A DNA stretch of 20,000 bases from an uncultured virus (IMG/VR IMGVR_UViG_3300047094_001965) (IMGVR_UViG_3300047094_001965); one strand, 5' to 3'. Positions 7,226 to 15,156 are shown, numbered from the stretch's first letter. Translations and numbers: made by a program. Notes: generated from the letters alone by a model not told the origin.

Positions 7226-9589
7226 TTAATCTATTAAAGTTACCCGGAACCTTGCTTTTCTTATAGTTGGTCCAACAATAATCGGAAACACCTGCAATGT
7301 ACTGGGTACATAGCCCAAAACAATAAAATCCTGCCTTTCGACCGTGATATTGAACACCTGAAGCGTACTTGCCACCGATGGCAACTGCAAGTTCACTTGC
7401 CCAGGCAATACCACCGGAGATCGTACCTGCATCGTTGAAGGCACAAAAGAAAGATTAACGTACTGCAATCCCCCCTCTGATGTAACTATTGGAGCACGCA
7501 CCTGTAAAGTGCTGGCTACCGAAGGCAGGGCAATAGTCGCGGCGCCAGGAAGCAGTGTTATAGCATTCACAGTCAATGTGCTGCCCACTGCTGGCAGCGA
7601 TACGGTTACGGATCCACGAGTGACAGTAAGAGCCCTTACAACCAATGTACTTGCAACTGCCGGAAGCTGTACGACCGAAGGTGGAACAACTATAGCGGGA
7701 GCATTAACAACCAATGTGCTGGCAACTGCTGGCAGTTGCACATTCAAGGATACTGCTGGCGCAAAAACCTGCATTGTAGATGCTACGGTATTGCACTCAA
7801 TATTCTGTTCCTGCGTTCCGGAATACGCATACTCATATATCCTTAACTCGTCATTGTTCTGATCTATAAATGCAGTTCGGTTTGCTGACAAGCCGGCCAG
7901 AGCAGGATAAAATACGTTTGAAAGCGATGCATTTATGCCCTGATCAACGAAGTTGGTTCCCACTAAATCCAGAACCTTCAGGGTATCGTCTCCATCGTTA
8001 ATATAGGCTATCCGTGAAGGCGTAAGCCTGGCTAATGCCGTAGTATTAAAGGAAAAATCGTTCTGAGCAAACAAGGTAAATGTTGACCCATCAAAATCAT
8101 ACACACTTAACCTGCCATCATCTCCATCCCAAACAACAAATCTACTGGGTGTTAACGCTACCATATCGGGCGCAAATCCACCAACATTGGCCAGCGGCGT
8201 TCCAATGGCAACCCATGTATTCCCAATCCAATCATACGCCCTAAGAGCCTTGTTGTTCTGATCTACCATAACAACGCGGCCAGAGCCAAGCCTTGCTAAT
8301 GCCGGAGAACTGATAGCCGGAGAAAGGCTGTTTAGATCAAGCTCTGACCCCATAAGGGTTATACTTGATCCATCAAACTTATATCTTCTCAGAACCCTTA
8401 GTGATCCATCAAGGTAAGCAAACTCAGAACTGTTTAATCCTGCAAGGTGACCACTGTTCGATCCTGGTACGATAAGAGATGCACCTTCAACAAAATTTGT
8501 TCCGTCATAAATCAACACACTCATCCTATCGCTGGCCTCGTCATGCAGAACAACCGTATTGGAATTTAATGCCGCAAGTGACGGCCTATTGTTGGGACCC
8601 GGAATAATGGCTGCCTTAACAAGTGCCCACGCATTATCCCTGATAACAGATGGAGTAAACACCTGCATAGTGCTGGCTACCGAAGGCAGGGCAATGACAA
8701 CGGTACCTCCGCTAACTGTAGGAGCAAACACCTGCATGGTGCTCGGTACCTTGGTCAGCGTAATGCCGTCCGACCTGCTATACTGATCATGCCACTGGTA
8801 AACATCTCTGGTGCCGTCAACAAGAAGGTAGCCGACAAAAGGCCAGTAGTACAGATCATCCCAGCAATTGTGATCATACCCCGGCATGGGGAAGAATATA
8901 GACTCGGGAGAAATTCCTATATTTTTGAGCCCCTGAGCCCAATCCCTTGATTTTTCCCAAGGCGTAAAAGGGTTGGAGTCGTTTAGGCCGTGAACAAACA
9001 ATGTAGGCATATTTGCAGCCTTGGCATTGTCAGCGCCCGGTTGATAAAATACAGAAGGAGTACATAGCATCGACATAGATGCCACATGAGTCAGCGTTCC
9101 TCCATTTAACCAGTTTGTTGCTCCATCCGATCCTAAACTTAATGCAGTTATATGTAACCGGGACTTATCAAAATCGTAGTTCGCTCTGACGTAATTTACT
9201 ATACTTTGAAGCCGCGATGCATTTAGGCTGCTACTGTTATATTGGGGAACAATAACAAGCATATCATAAGGAAACTGATCCGCAGTTCCCATCAAATTGT
9301 TTATATGCTTAGGGATTCCATTATTAAGTAACAAATTAAGTTGACCGTTTCCATCCCCCAAATCACCTATCCCATGCAAAGAAATAAGGGCGGAAGATTT
9401 TCCGGCAACATAAAAAGGAGGCTTGTATTCATAGAAGCCTCCAATATCAACACCCATAGACACGCCTGGCCTGGCCGTCCAAGTTGCCTGGCCGACTACA
9501 GGTGCATTGACAACCATCGTACTTGCAACTGCCGGAAGTTGGACCAAGGCATCTGTGGCACCTCTATTTTGCAGTAGCGTTAAAAGCAT
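7226..9589 (-). CDS. tail fibre/appendage protein: repeat scaffold with an inserted alpha/beta-hydrolase (esterase) and a six-repeat beta-propeller, 787 aa
   Basis: About 11 copies of an LPxVxSTx(Q/V)VxxPxV repeat. Hydrolase motifs LHGIG, ALSLG, HGLND and DHNCW. Six repeats of about 44 aa (PxLAxLxxxRxxxxDxxxxxLxxYxxxG). Confidence 0.75.
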   Translation of the reverse strand: MLLTLLQNRGATDALVQLPAVASTMVVNAPVVGQATWTARPGVSMGVDIGGFYEYKPPFYVAGKSSALISLHGIGDLGDGNGQLNLLLNNGIPKHINNLMGTADQFPYDMLVIVPQYNSSSLNASRLQSIVNYVRANYDFDKSRLHITALSLGSDGATNWLNGGTLTHVASMSMLCTPSVFYQPGADNAKAANMPTLFVHGLNDSNPFTPWEKSRDWAQGLKNIGISPESIFFPMPGYDHNCWDDLYYWPFVGYLLVDGTRDVYQWHDQYSRSDGITLTKVPSTMQVFAPTVSGGTVVIALPSVASTMQVFTPSVIRDNAWALVKAAIIPGPNNRPSLAALNSNTVVLHDEASDRMSVLIYDGTNFVEGASLIVPGSNSGHLAGLNSSEFAYLDGSLRVLRRYKFDGSSITLMGSELDLNSLSPAISSPALARLGSGRVVMVDQNNKALRAYDWIGNTWVAIGTPLANVGGFAPDMVALTPSRFVVWDGDDGRLSVYDFDGSTFTLFAQNDFSFNTTALARLTPSRIAYINDGDDTLKVLDLVGTNFVDQGINASLSNVFYPALAGLSANRTAFIDQNNDELRIYEYAYSGTQEQNIECNTVASTMQVFAPAVSLNVQLPAVASTLVVNAPAIVVPPSVVQLPAVASTLVVRALTVTRGSVTVSLPAVGSTLTVNAITLLPGAATIALPSVASTLQVRAPIVTSEGGLQYVNLSFVPSTMQVRSPVVLPGQVNLQLPSVASTLQVFNITVERQDFIVLGYVPSTLQVFPIIVGPTIRKARFRVTLID
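7508..7534. repeat. 27-bp perfect direct repeat, copy A1 (agtgctggctaccgaaggcagggcaat)
   Basis: Identical to 8669-8695; offset 1161 bp, which is in frame. Confidence 0.9.
7647..7666. repeat. 20-bp perfect direct repeat, copy B1 (gtacttgcaactgccggaag)
   Basis: Identical to 9519-9538; offset 1872 bp, which is in frame. Confidence 0.9.
8669..8695. repeat. 27-bp perfect direct repeat, copy A2
   Basis: Identical to 7508-7534; lies between the esterase and propeller coding regions. Confidence 0.9.
9519..9538. repeat. 20-bp perfect direct repeat, copy B2
   Basis: Identical to 7647-7666; lies just before the esterase coding region. Confidence 0.9.
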
Positions 9590-9591
9590 TG

Positions 9592-9753
9592 TTAGCTACT
9601 CTTTAACGTGTTTAGGGTTTGCTCGGTTTGAAAAATCTCTACATCCAATTTATTAATCATATCCGAATTTGCTAACTGAATGCTATGAAACTTTTGCTGT
9701 GCCAAATACTCTAACCTGATTTCGCATTGTTTAATTAAATCTTGTATTGTCAT
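9592..9753 (-). CDS. small helical/coiled-coil protein, 53 aa (MTIQDLIKQCEIRLEYLAQQKFHSIQLANSDMINKLDVEIFQTEQTLNTLKSS)
   Basis: Below the ORF-track cutoff; translated manually. Fills the gap between the 475-aa and 787-aa genes, has an A-rich leader, and its TAA lies 2 nt before the next ATG. Confidence 0.8.
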   Translation of the reverse strand: MTIQDLIKQCEIRLEYLAQQKFHSIQLANSDMINKLDVEIFQTEQTLNTLKSS

Positions 9754-9763
9754 ATTCTTTTTT

Positions 9764-11191
9764 TTAGATTATCATTTGTCGATACATCAAAGTCGATGTG
9801 TTAAGCAACATATACACATAATGAATTTGCGTTTCGCCATCGTAATATGTCGCGTCAAATGCAGTATCACCAACAACCGCTGCACCTTGCACCACTGGCA
9901 TTGTCGTCCATCCCATCATATTTGCATCCGCGATGTCAAACTCAAACCACCGGTTAGTAACATCTTTTTGTATGTAAATCTTATCATTCACATAGGTGTA
10001 CTTTGTTCCCGTGCCAAATACTTCAGCCGATGGCGCGTATGAGATAGTAGCCCAAGTGTTTCCGGCAATATCATATCGATGCAAAACACTTGAGTTTTCA
10101 CCTCTAAATGAATAGATGTACCGACCATTTAGTATGGCACTTTCATCATTCCAAGCAGCATTAGTTTCGCTATGTATCCAATGCCCACTCATACCTGCTG
10201 CCGCTACACCTGATCTTGCTGCTACTGGTGAAAGCGTTGTCCAAGTGTTTGCAGAAATTGAATATCGGTAAAGAGTTACCGCGTTGTTACCCATGTAGTA
10301 AATGAAATCATCGTTGCCTTCAATTGAATAAACAGATGTTGCGTCTGGTTGTGTTGTCCATGCTGAACCAACTGTGACAACTGTACCTGTGTTAGATGCA
10401 ATAGTCCTAATTTGTCCTGCTCCTGTTCCTGATACGATTCTGATTTGATAATTTGTCCACTGGTTAGTTGCCCAAGTTTTGACGCTATTTGTCAAAGTAG
10501 ATGCGCCACCTGCCGTTGCCGTTCCTGTTGCAAACGCTTTGTATTCTGTGTTTAACCATGAAGGCGTACTAATTAACTTGCTATCCGTTCCAATGGTAGC
10601 CGCTAATCCTGCGTGAGCCAATGTCACCCAAGTATTTGTAGCGAAGTCGTATTTTTTGAATGAACCCGATGATAAAGTTCCTGATCCTAAACAATAAAAT
10701 ACTGGCGTACATAACCTGTAAACGGTTGATGCAGTAAATGCCGATGCTTGTGTTGCCACCGTAATAGTCGCGTTTGCCCCTATTGTATTTGATAAGATCT
10801 GAAGCGTTACACCTGCGTTTGGTCCCGATAAGATATGAACCGAATAACCCGCTATTGAACGAGCCAATGTCTGATTGGTGATAATTGTCGATGTAGTTCC
10901 ACCTGTTGCCGTTAATGAAGATGCGACTGCTGCCCCTGCACCGAATGCACATGCTACACCTGCTGCCCCTGCGGCTAACGTATTGAGGCCTGGCGATGGT
11001 AGTTGAACCCAACCATCCTCCGTAGGGTTGTACATGAATGCAGTACTAGCATCTCTGACAAGTAACTGCTGTTGTCTAAAGTGTCGTGAAGACACAATGA
11101 AAGCGCCTGCCTGTGTTGATGTGGGGCATGGTGTTACTTGCTCCCATCTTTTTAGGTCTAATAATTTTCTATTTCCGTTTGTTGTTGGCAT
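9764..11191 (-). CDS. kelch-like beta-propeller virion appendage protein with two inserted Thr/Gly-rich beta domains, 475 aa
   Basis: Kelch-type blade ends YNPTEDGW, YDFATNTW, YSISANTW, YDIAGNTW and FDIADAN. Two similar inserts (ILSGPNAGVTLQILSNT and IVSGTGAGQIRTIASNT). Confidence 0.7.
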   Translation of the reverse strand: MPTTNGNRKLLDLKRWEQVTPCPTSTQAGAFIVSSRHFRQQQLLVRDASTAFMYNPTEDGWVQLPSPGLNTLAAGAAGVACAFGAGAAVASSLTATGGTTSTIITNQTLARSIAGYSVHILSGPNAGVTLQILSNTIGANATITVATQASAFTASTVYRLCTPVFYCLGSGTLSSGSFKKYDFATNTWVTLAHAGLAATIGTDSKLISTPSWLNTEYKAFATGTATAGGASTLTNSVKTWATNQWTNYQIRIVSGTGAGQIRTIASNTGTVVTVGSAWTTQPDATSVYSIEGNDDFIYYMGNNAVTLYRYSISANTWTTLSPVAARSGVAAAGMSGHWIHSETNAAWNDESAILNGRYIYSFRGENSSVLHRYDIAGNTWATISYAPSAEVFGTGTKYTYVNDKIYIQKDVTNRWFEFDIADANMMGWTTMPVVQGAAVVGDTAFDATYYDGETQIHYVYMLLNTSTLMYRQMII

Positions 11192-11201
11192 ACTATTTTT
11201 T

Positions 11202-11630
11202 TTATGTTGTGACTATATTTTTTCTTAAGTTGTCTGCTGTCATTCTTTCAAATGAAGGAACAAACGAGTTCGCATTCTGTCCCCCCACTTGTTGGGTGTT
11301 AGCAACCAAAGAAACCTGTGTTATAGCGGAAAGACTGCCGCTTACAGGCTGAGTTACACCTGACCCATCAACTAACATACGGCCTGTTAACGGGTTTACC
11401 TGTGCAAGTCCTATTGTTCTTGTAAGCGAGTGAATTGCCAGGCGCATCGCTTCAATGGCTTCCAACAATTCGCCGTATGCTGCTATCGGCATTGGGTTTT
11501 GTTGGCTTACGTCAGCGGCTTCGCCGTCTACGCCTATTACTGGTTTGACGCGCTGGTATAATACGCCCGCTATCTCATCGGCTGCTATTGTTGCACCTGC
11601 GCCCGGTGTGTACGCTACATTGTCTGCCAT
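11202..11630 (-). CDS. putative tail fibre-associated structural protein, 142 aa
   Basis: MADNVAYTPGAGATIAADEIAGVLYQRVK start, with VSQQNPMP and VDGSGVTQPVSG fibre-type motifs; lies in the tail block. Confidence 0.6.
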   Translation of the reverse strand: MADNVAYTPGAGATIAADEIAGVLYQRVKPVIGVDGEAADVSQQNPMPIAAYGELLEAIEAMRLAIHSLTRTIGLAQVNPLTGRMLVDGSGVTQPVSGSLSAITQVSLVANTQQVGGQNANSFVPSFERMTADNLRKNIVTT

Positions 11631-11707
11631 AATTATTTTTTTATGTTTTTCTGACCAGCACTGCTACCGCCGCTAATGGCGACTGCCTGAATGCTTGCCG
11701 TAATGGT

Positions 11708-12100
11708 TTAAACTTGAAAGTGACCACCTGCGTTAACCTGTACGTTGATATTGCCACCGTTTGGTGTTACGGGCAACCCTGTGGCTGTGTCATACCTCAT
11801 GATCAGTCTGCTTGTCGAAGCTGTGCCGGTATCAATAAACAAAAATACCTGCTCAATGCTGGCTCCGGAAACCGTAGGCCAAACGAAGTCATCACAATCA
11901 AACAGGCCATTTACGAATGTTTTTCCTGTCAGGTTCGCGGTGGTTGCTACCCTTGCGCCAACTGGAATGTCAGAAAGAAATTCATGAGCACTATTAAAAG
12001 TATAAAGTGCCTGATCAACAGCAACAGCTTTGATGTTTGTTGACTCCAAAAGGTTACGGATCATTTGTTCTTTGAACTTGTCCATTACAATATTTGCCAT
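11708..12100 (-). CDS. small minor tail / fibre-associated protein, 130 aa
   Basis: Recognisable phage small tail protein pattern (HEFLSDI...LTGKT...FDCDD..W...DTG.ASTSRLI..YD.ATGLPVTPNGGNI), from recall. Confidence 0.6.
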   Translation of the reverse strand: MANIVMDKFKEQMIRNLLESTNIKAVAVDQALYTFNSAHEFLSDIPVGARVATTANLTGKTFVNGLFDCDDFVWPTVSGASIEQVFLFIDTGTASTSRLIMRYDTATGLPVTPNGGNINVQVNAGGHFQV

Positions 12101-12110
12101 CTTGCTTTAT

Positions 12111-12587
12111 TTAAGATTTAAGTAATTGAAGTGATAAACTGATATTCTTTGCCCCGGTATTGGATACAACCAGAATCTTAATCAAGTCGCCTTTAGTTAC
12201 ATTTTGTAACCATGTAGACAATGCGATATCCTGCGCTTTCACGCCAGTCGTTATGGTTGGCTTCTCCGTACCTGCAATAGATGTGAATGTTGGGAAATCG
12301 ATGAAGTTTGATTTTAAGACATCGATCACGATTGTACACGTGTTGCCATCGGCTTCGAGCAACGTCCACCCGGATATTTTGGCATCATAAGGCATCTCTA
12401 CAATTGTCTCTGTGTCTGCTGCAATACTCCCATTTAGTTCCCCTTGGATCGATACCGATATAGCCCCATAGTTCACAGGCGTTTCGCCGTTGACAAAGAT
12501 GTCAATAACATCATCAACACCAGCGTCTACGACAATCACCTCTGCAGGTTGATCCAAAACCTCTATGTATAGCAGTTCTCCACTCAT
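12111..12587 (-). CDS. short tail fibre-like protein with a C-terminal beta-sandwich domain, 158 aa
   Basis: Acidic Val/Ile-rich N-terminus plus MPYDAKISGWTLL...IVIDV.K...KPT....K..D..LSTW...V..GD, a common phage fibre C-terminal pattern. Confidence 0.55.
   Translation of the reverse strand: MSGELLYIEVLDQPAEVIVVDAGVDDVIDIFVNGETPVNYGAISVSIQGELNGSIAADTETIVEMPYDAKISGWTLLEADGNTCTIVIDVLKSNFIDFPTFTSIAGTEKPTITTGVKAQDIALSTWLQNVTKGDLIKILVVSNTGAKNISLSLQLLKS
12195..12211 (-). promoter_or_regulatory. copy 3 of the 17-bp motif (sense GGTTACAAAATGTAACT), inside the 3' end of the 158-aa gene and 94 nt upstream of the 130-aa gene
   Basis: Exact GTTAC-N5-GTAAC core, in the same orientation relative to transcription as the other copies. 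Confidence 0.55.
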
Positions 12588-12949
12588 CGTTCCGCGTTTT
12601 TATCAATTACCTCGAAAGGACCGTGCAGCCTGGTGTAAGTCTTGCCTGCGGCCGTAGTTCTATACAACCCGTACTTATACACCCCCACAGGTATATTCAT
12701 TTGCAGGTCTGTTTTTTCCAGATAAAGGGTGTTGTTGAGGATTGTGGCGCCATTACCCATAGAAAAGGAAAGAACAGTTGTGCCGGCATTATCCTTAACC
12801 TCCATCAAAAAAGTATCTGTTGCAATAGGAATAATAGCCCCTGTAGATTTATCCTTGAATTGGATAGACATAGGGAAACTGTTAAGCCTCCGGCAGACAA
12901 TACTTGCCAGCTGCGATGCATCAAGATCTATGATTACGTTCTTCCCCAT
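12584..12949 (-). CDS. Ig-like fibre adaptor protein (BppU N-terminal-like), 121 aa
   Basis: All-beta pattern ending GVYKYGLY....GKTYTRLHGPFEV, typical of fibre-attachment Ig-like domains. Coupled to both neighbours. Confidence 0.55.
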   Translation of the reverse strand: MGKNVIIDLDASQLASIVCRRLNSFPMSIQFKDKSTGAIIPIATDTFLMEVKDNAGTTVLSFSMGNGATILNNTLYLEKTDLQMNIPVGVYKYGLYRTTAAGKTYTRLHGPFEVIDKNAER

Positions 12950-13584
12950 TATTTAGAAGTTTGTGAATCGACAATTTTATTCGCGTCTACCCTCGGCAAG
13001 AACATCTGCACCAGTGCTTCAATAGCCTCTGCCTCCATATCTTCGCTGATCGGAAGCTGGGCCCAGTCATCGTACTTGTCAATGTCCATTACTGCCAGGA
13101 TAATCAACAAGTCTTCATCCGACACATCCTTTGAAAAGAATAGCTCCCTCCCCACCGGCCAGTATCCTGCCTGACCCAGCAATGTGCTCATACCCACCAG
13201 TTTCTTCACCACACCGTATTGACCCGCCTGCATAGGTATATAGCCGCAATCGGGGTCGCTTAACGGACCTACATGGAAGATGCCCATGTTGCGCGGCAGG
13301 TTGATAGGCATAGCAGGAAGTGTTACCCGGCATACCTTGCCATTATTCTCGGCTTTGGCCCTGATCTTTACCGCACCCTCGCCATACCTGGCCAGCATCG
13401 TTCCGGCAGGAATAGTCTCACCTTGGCCCATGGTGATATCGAAATGAGATAACTGCAGGCGCTTGGCCAGCATTTGCCCGAGGGCAACAATGATCTCCCG
13501 GATATCCACACGAGATCCCGCGGAAGGGTCGCCCCCGCTGATCCTTCGCAATACTTGTTCCGCTATCCTGCGTTTAGTGCTCAT
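12949..13584 (-). CDS. putative tail ring / adaptor protein, 211 aa
   Basis: Helical N-terminus, VTLPAMPINLPRNMGIFHV beta region and C-terminal LPISEDMEAEAIE helix, matching a ring-protein layout. ATGA-coupled to the upstream gene. Confidence 0.55.
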   Translation of the reverse strand: MSTKRRIAEQVLRRISGGDPSAGSRVDIREIIVALGQMLAKRLQLSHFDITMGQGETIPAGTMLARYGEGAVKIRAKAENNGKVCRVTLPAMPINLPRNMGIFHVGPLSDPDCGYIPMQAGQYGVVKKLVGMSTLLGQAGYWPVGRELFFSKDVSDEDLLIILAVMDIDKYDDWAQLPISEDMEAEAIEALVQMFLPRVDANKIVDSQTSK

Positions 13585-14255
13585 CTAACCTCCATTTGTT
13601 TTTGTTGGGCCACTTGGAATACGGCATCGGCAGAAAGCGAGACGCCGAGATATTGCAAGGCCCTGGTTATAACCTGCGGGATATAGGAAACATTCCATTC
13701 CAGATCGGTGCTACGGGCTGGGGAATACTTTAGGTTCCTTCCATCTTCCAGATATCCCCACTTCGGCTTTGTTGGAAGAACCAGGTAAAACACCTTGCCG
13801 GCCTTCGGCGCCGCTGGGTAAAACTGAAGTTTTTTATTTGTCTCGAAGATTACCACCGGATCAGCCTCCGTAGGCATAACAATCTGGCTTCGTAGTCTGT
13901 GAGCCAGTTCATCGGGGTTAACCACGGGAACCGGACTATAAAGGGTAACACCGTTTGCTACATTCTGGGTCATGACAGTAAGTAGCTGCTCAGACTGCGG
14001 TATAGTCATCAACCCAGATGGCGTATTTGCGTTATTGAATTCTACAGTCCTGAGAAACGGGTTCAGCGCTTCGGCTACATATGTGCCTTGGGCATACACC
14101 GGCATCTGAGCGCCTTGCTGCGGCCGTAGACTGTTGAAATAGTCTATCTGGGCTAAATCCAAAGCCTGGTCTATTTCCTCAGGGGTAGACTTGCCCGTCT
14201 TTTCTTGGACGAGCAATTGCCGGATAATACTATGAACCTCATTGATATCTGTCAT
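13581..14255 (-). CDS. putative tail ring / tubular protein, 224 aa (start MTDINEV; the ORF track extends it to 14276)
   Basis: TPEEIDQALDLAQIDYF N-terminal motif and YL..PTKPKWGY...Y.P..STDLEW...I.RALQYLGVSL C-terminal motif, as recalled for Bacteroidota phage ring proteins. The ATG at 14255 sits 1 nt after the upstream stop. Confidence 0.6.
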   Translation of the reverse strand: MTDINEVHSIIRQLLVQEKTGKSTPEEIDQALDLAQIDYFNSLRPQQGAQMPVYAQGTYVAEALNPFLRTVEFNNANTPSGLMTIPQSEQLLTVMTQNVANGVTLYSPVPVVNPDELAHRLRSQIVMPTEADPVVIFETNKKLQFYPAAPKAGKVFYLVLPTKPKWGYLEDGRNLKYSPARSTDLEWNVSYIPQVITRALQYLGVSLSADAVFQVAQQKQMEVR

Positions 14256-14256
14256 T

Positions 14257-15156
14257 TCACACCAGTTTTCCCTCAATATATTTGTGCTGGATTACCAGCC
14301 ATAGTTGACCCAAAATCTCGTACTGCTCCACGTATTTCTCATCGTACACCACAAACTCATCTTTCTGTAGGCTCAGGTTCCTGTCTCCCTTTCTCGGTTT
14401 CCCCACGTGCCTGGCTATACCCATCCTCCGGCTTTTCTGCTTCTGCATATACTCCGGGATGATGATACCGCCTTCGGTCATATCTCCGAGATCGATTTCA
14501 AAAGGCTCCACAAACACATACCCACGGGCAGGGTGGATAACCGGCACCTTCTTGCCGTCTTGTTCTTCCTGCCTGATCACGCCCATAACAAGGCTGTAGT
14601 CCACCCTCCAATACATCACACCCTCATGGATCATCAAGTTCTTAAACGACACCTCCCCGTCTCCGAGGAATTTAAACTGCATCATGAACTTCTCCGCGTC
14701 TGCTCGTGTTCCGTTTACGCCGCCAAGAATGTTCCCTTCTCTATCCTGCAAGCTGGCTGCGTACCAGTTTTTTCCCAATGTGAAGATGCGCAGCAACTCC
14801 CCCCTGTGATTCTTAAACTCTTTTTCCTTGTCCTCAGTCTGGGGATCGCCATTCAGCCAAAATCCATCCTCACTATCCACATGGTCCTTATCCTCTACGA
14901 CCATGTACTTAAAAATTACCTCATCGCCTGGGCGGACATCCTCTACATCCAGACCCCTCCGTTCATAGTTCACGATATCTTGGGTCAGCTTCACCGGGGT
15001 GGATACCACGTGGCCGGTAATTGTAGCGTTCCATTCGGGCTTAAAACTTGAATCCATGAACAGCTTTACGCCTGTTCCGGCTTTGATTTCATCGACATAC
15101 ATCTTGTCTATGAGTACGAATAAATGGTTGTTTGGTGCGGTTGGTACTGTTGTCAT
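14257..15156 (-). CDS. tandem double GroES (Cpn10)-like co-chaperonin with a large insertion in domain 1, 299 aa
   Basis: Domain 2: IHPARGYVFVEP...TEGGIIIP...GIARHVG...LQKDEFVVY...EILGQLWLVIQHKYIEG. Domain 1: PNNHLFV...GHVVSTP...VRPGDEVIF [about 85-aa insert] HEGVMYWRVDYSLVMGVI. Confidence 0.75.
   Translation of the reverse strand: MTTVPTAPNNHLFVLIDKMYVDEIKAGTGVKLFMDSSFKPEWNATITGHVVSTPVKLTQDIVNYERRGLDVEDVRPGDEVIFKYMVVEDKDHVDSEDGFWLNGDPQTEDKEKEFKNHRGELLRIFTLGKNWYAASLQDREGNILGGVNGTRADAEKFMMQFKFLGDGEVSFKNLMIHEGVMYWRVDYSLVMGVIRQEEQDGKKVPVIHPARGYVFVEPFEIDLGDMTEGGIIIPEYMQKQKSRRMGIARHVGKPRKGDRNLSLQKDEFVVYDEKYVEQYEILGQLWLVIQHKYIEGKLV

Noticed and set aside
7226..9589. Diversity-generating retroelement or invertible shufflon as the explanation for the fibre repeats
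   Set aside because: The repeats are short and direct. I saw no long template/variable pair with adenine-specific mismatches, and no reverse transcriptase or invertase in the window.
925..15051. Many plus-strand ORFs opposite the structural genes (e.g. 1166..1804, 2223..2813, 3452..4006, 12623..13174, 14407..15051)
   Set aside because: They are antisense shadows of tightly packed minus-strand genes, with atypical composition and no recognisable motifs.
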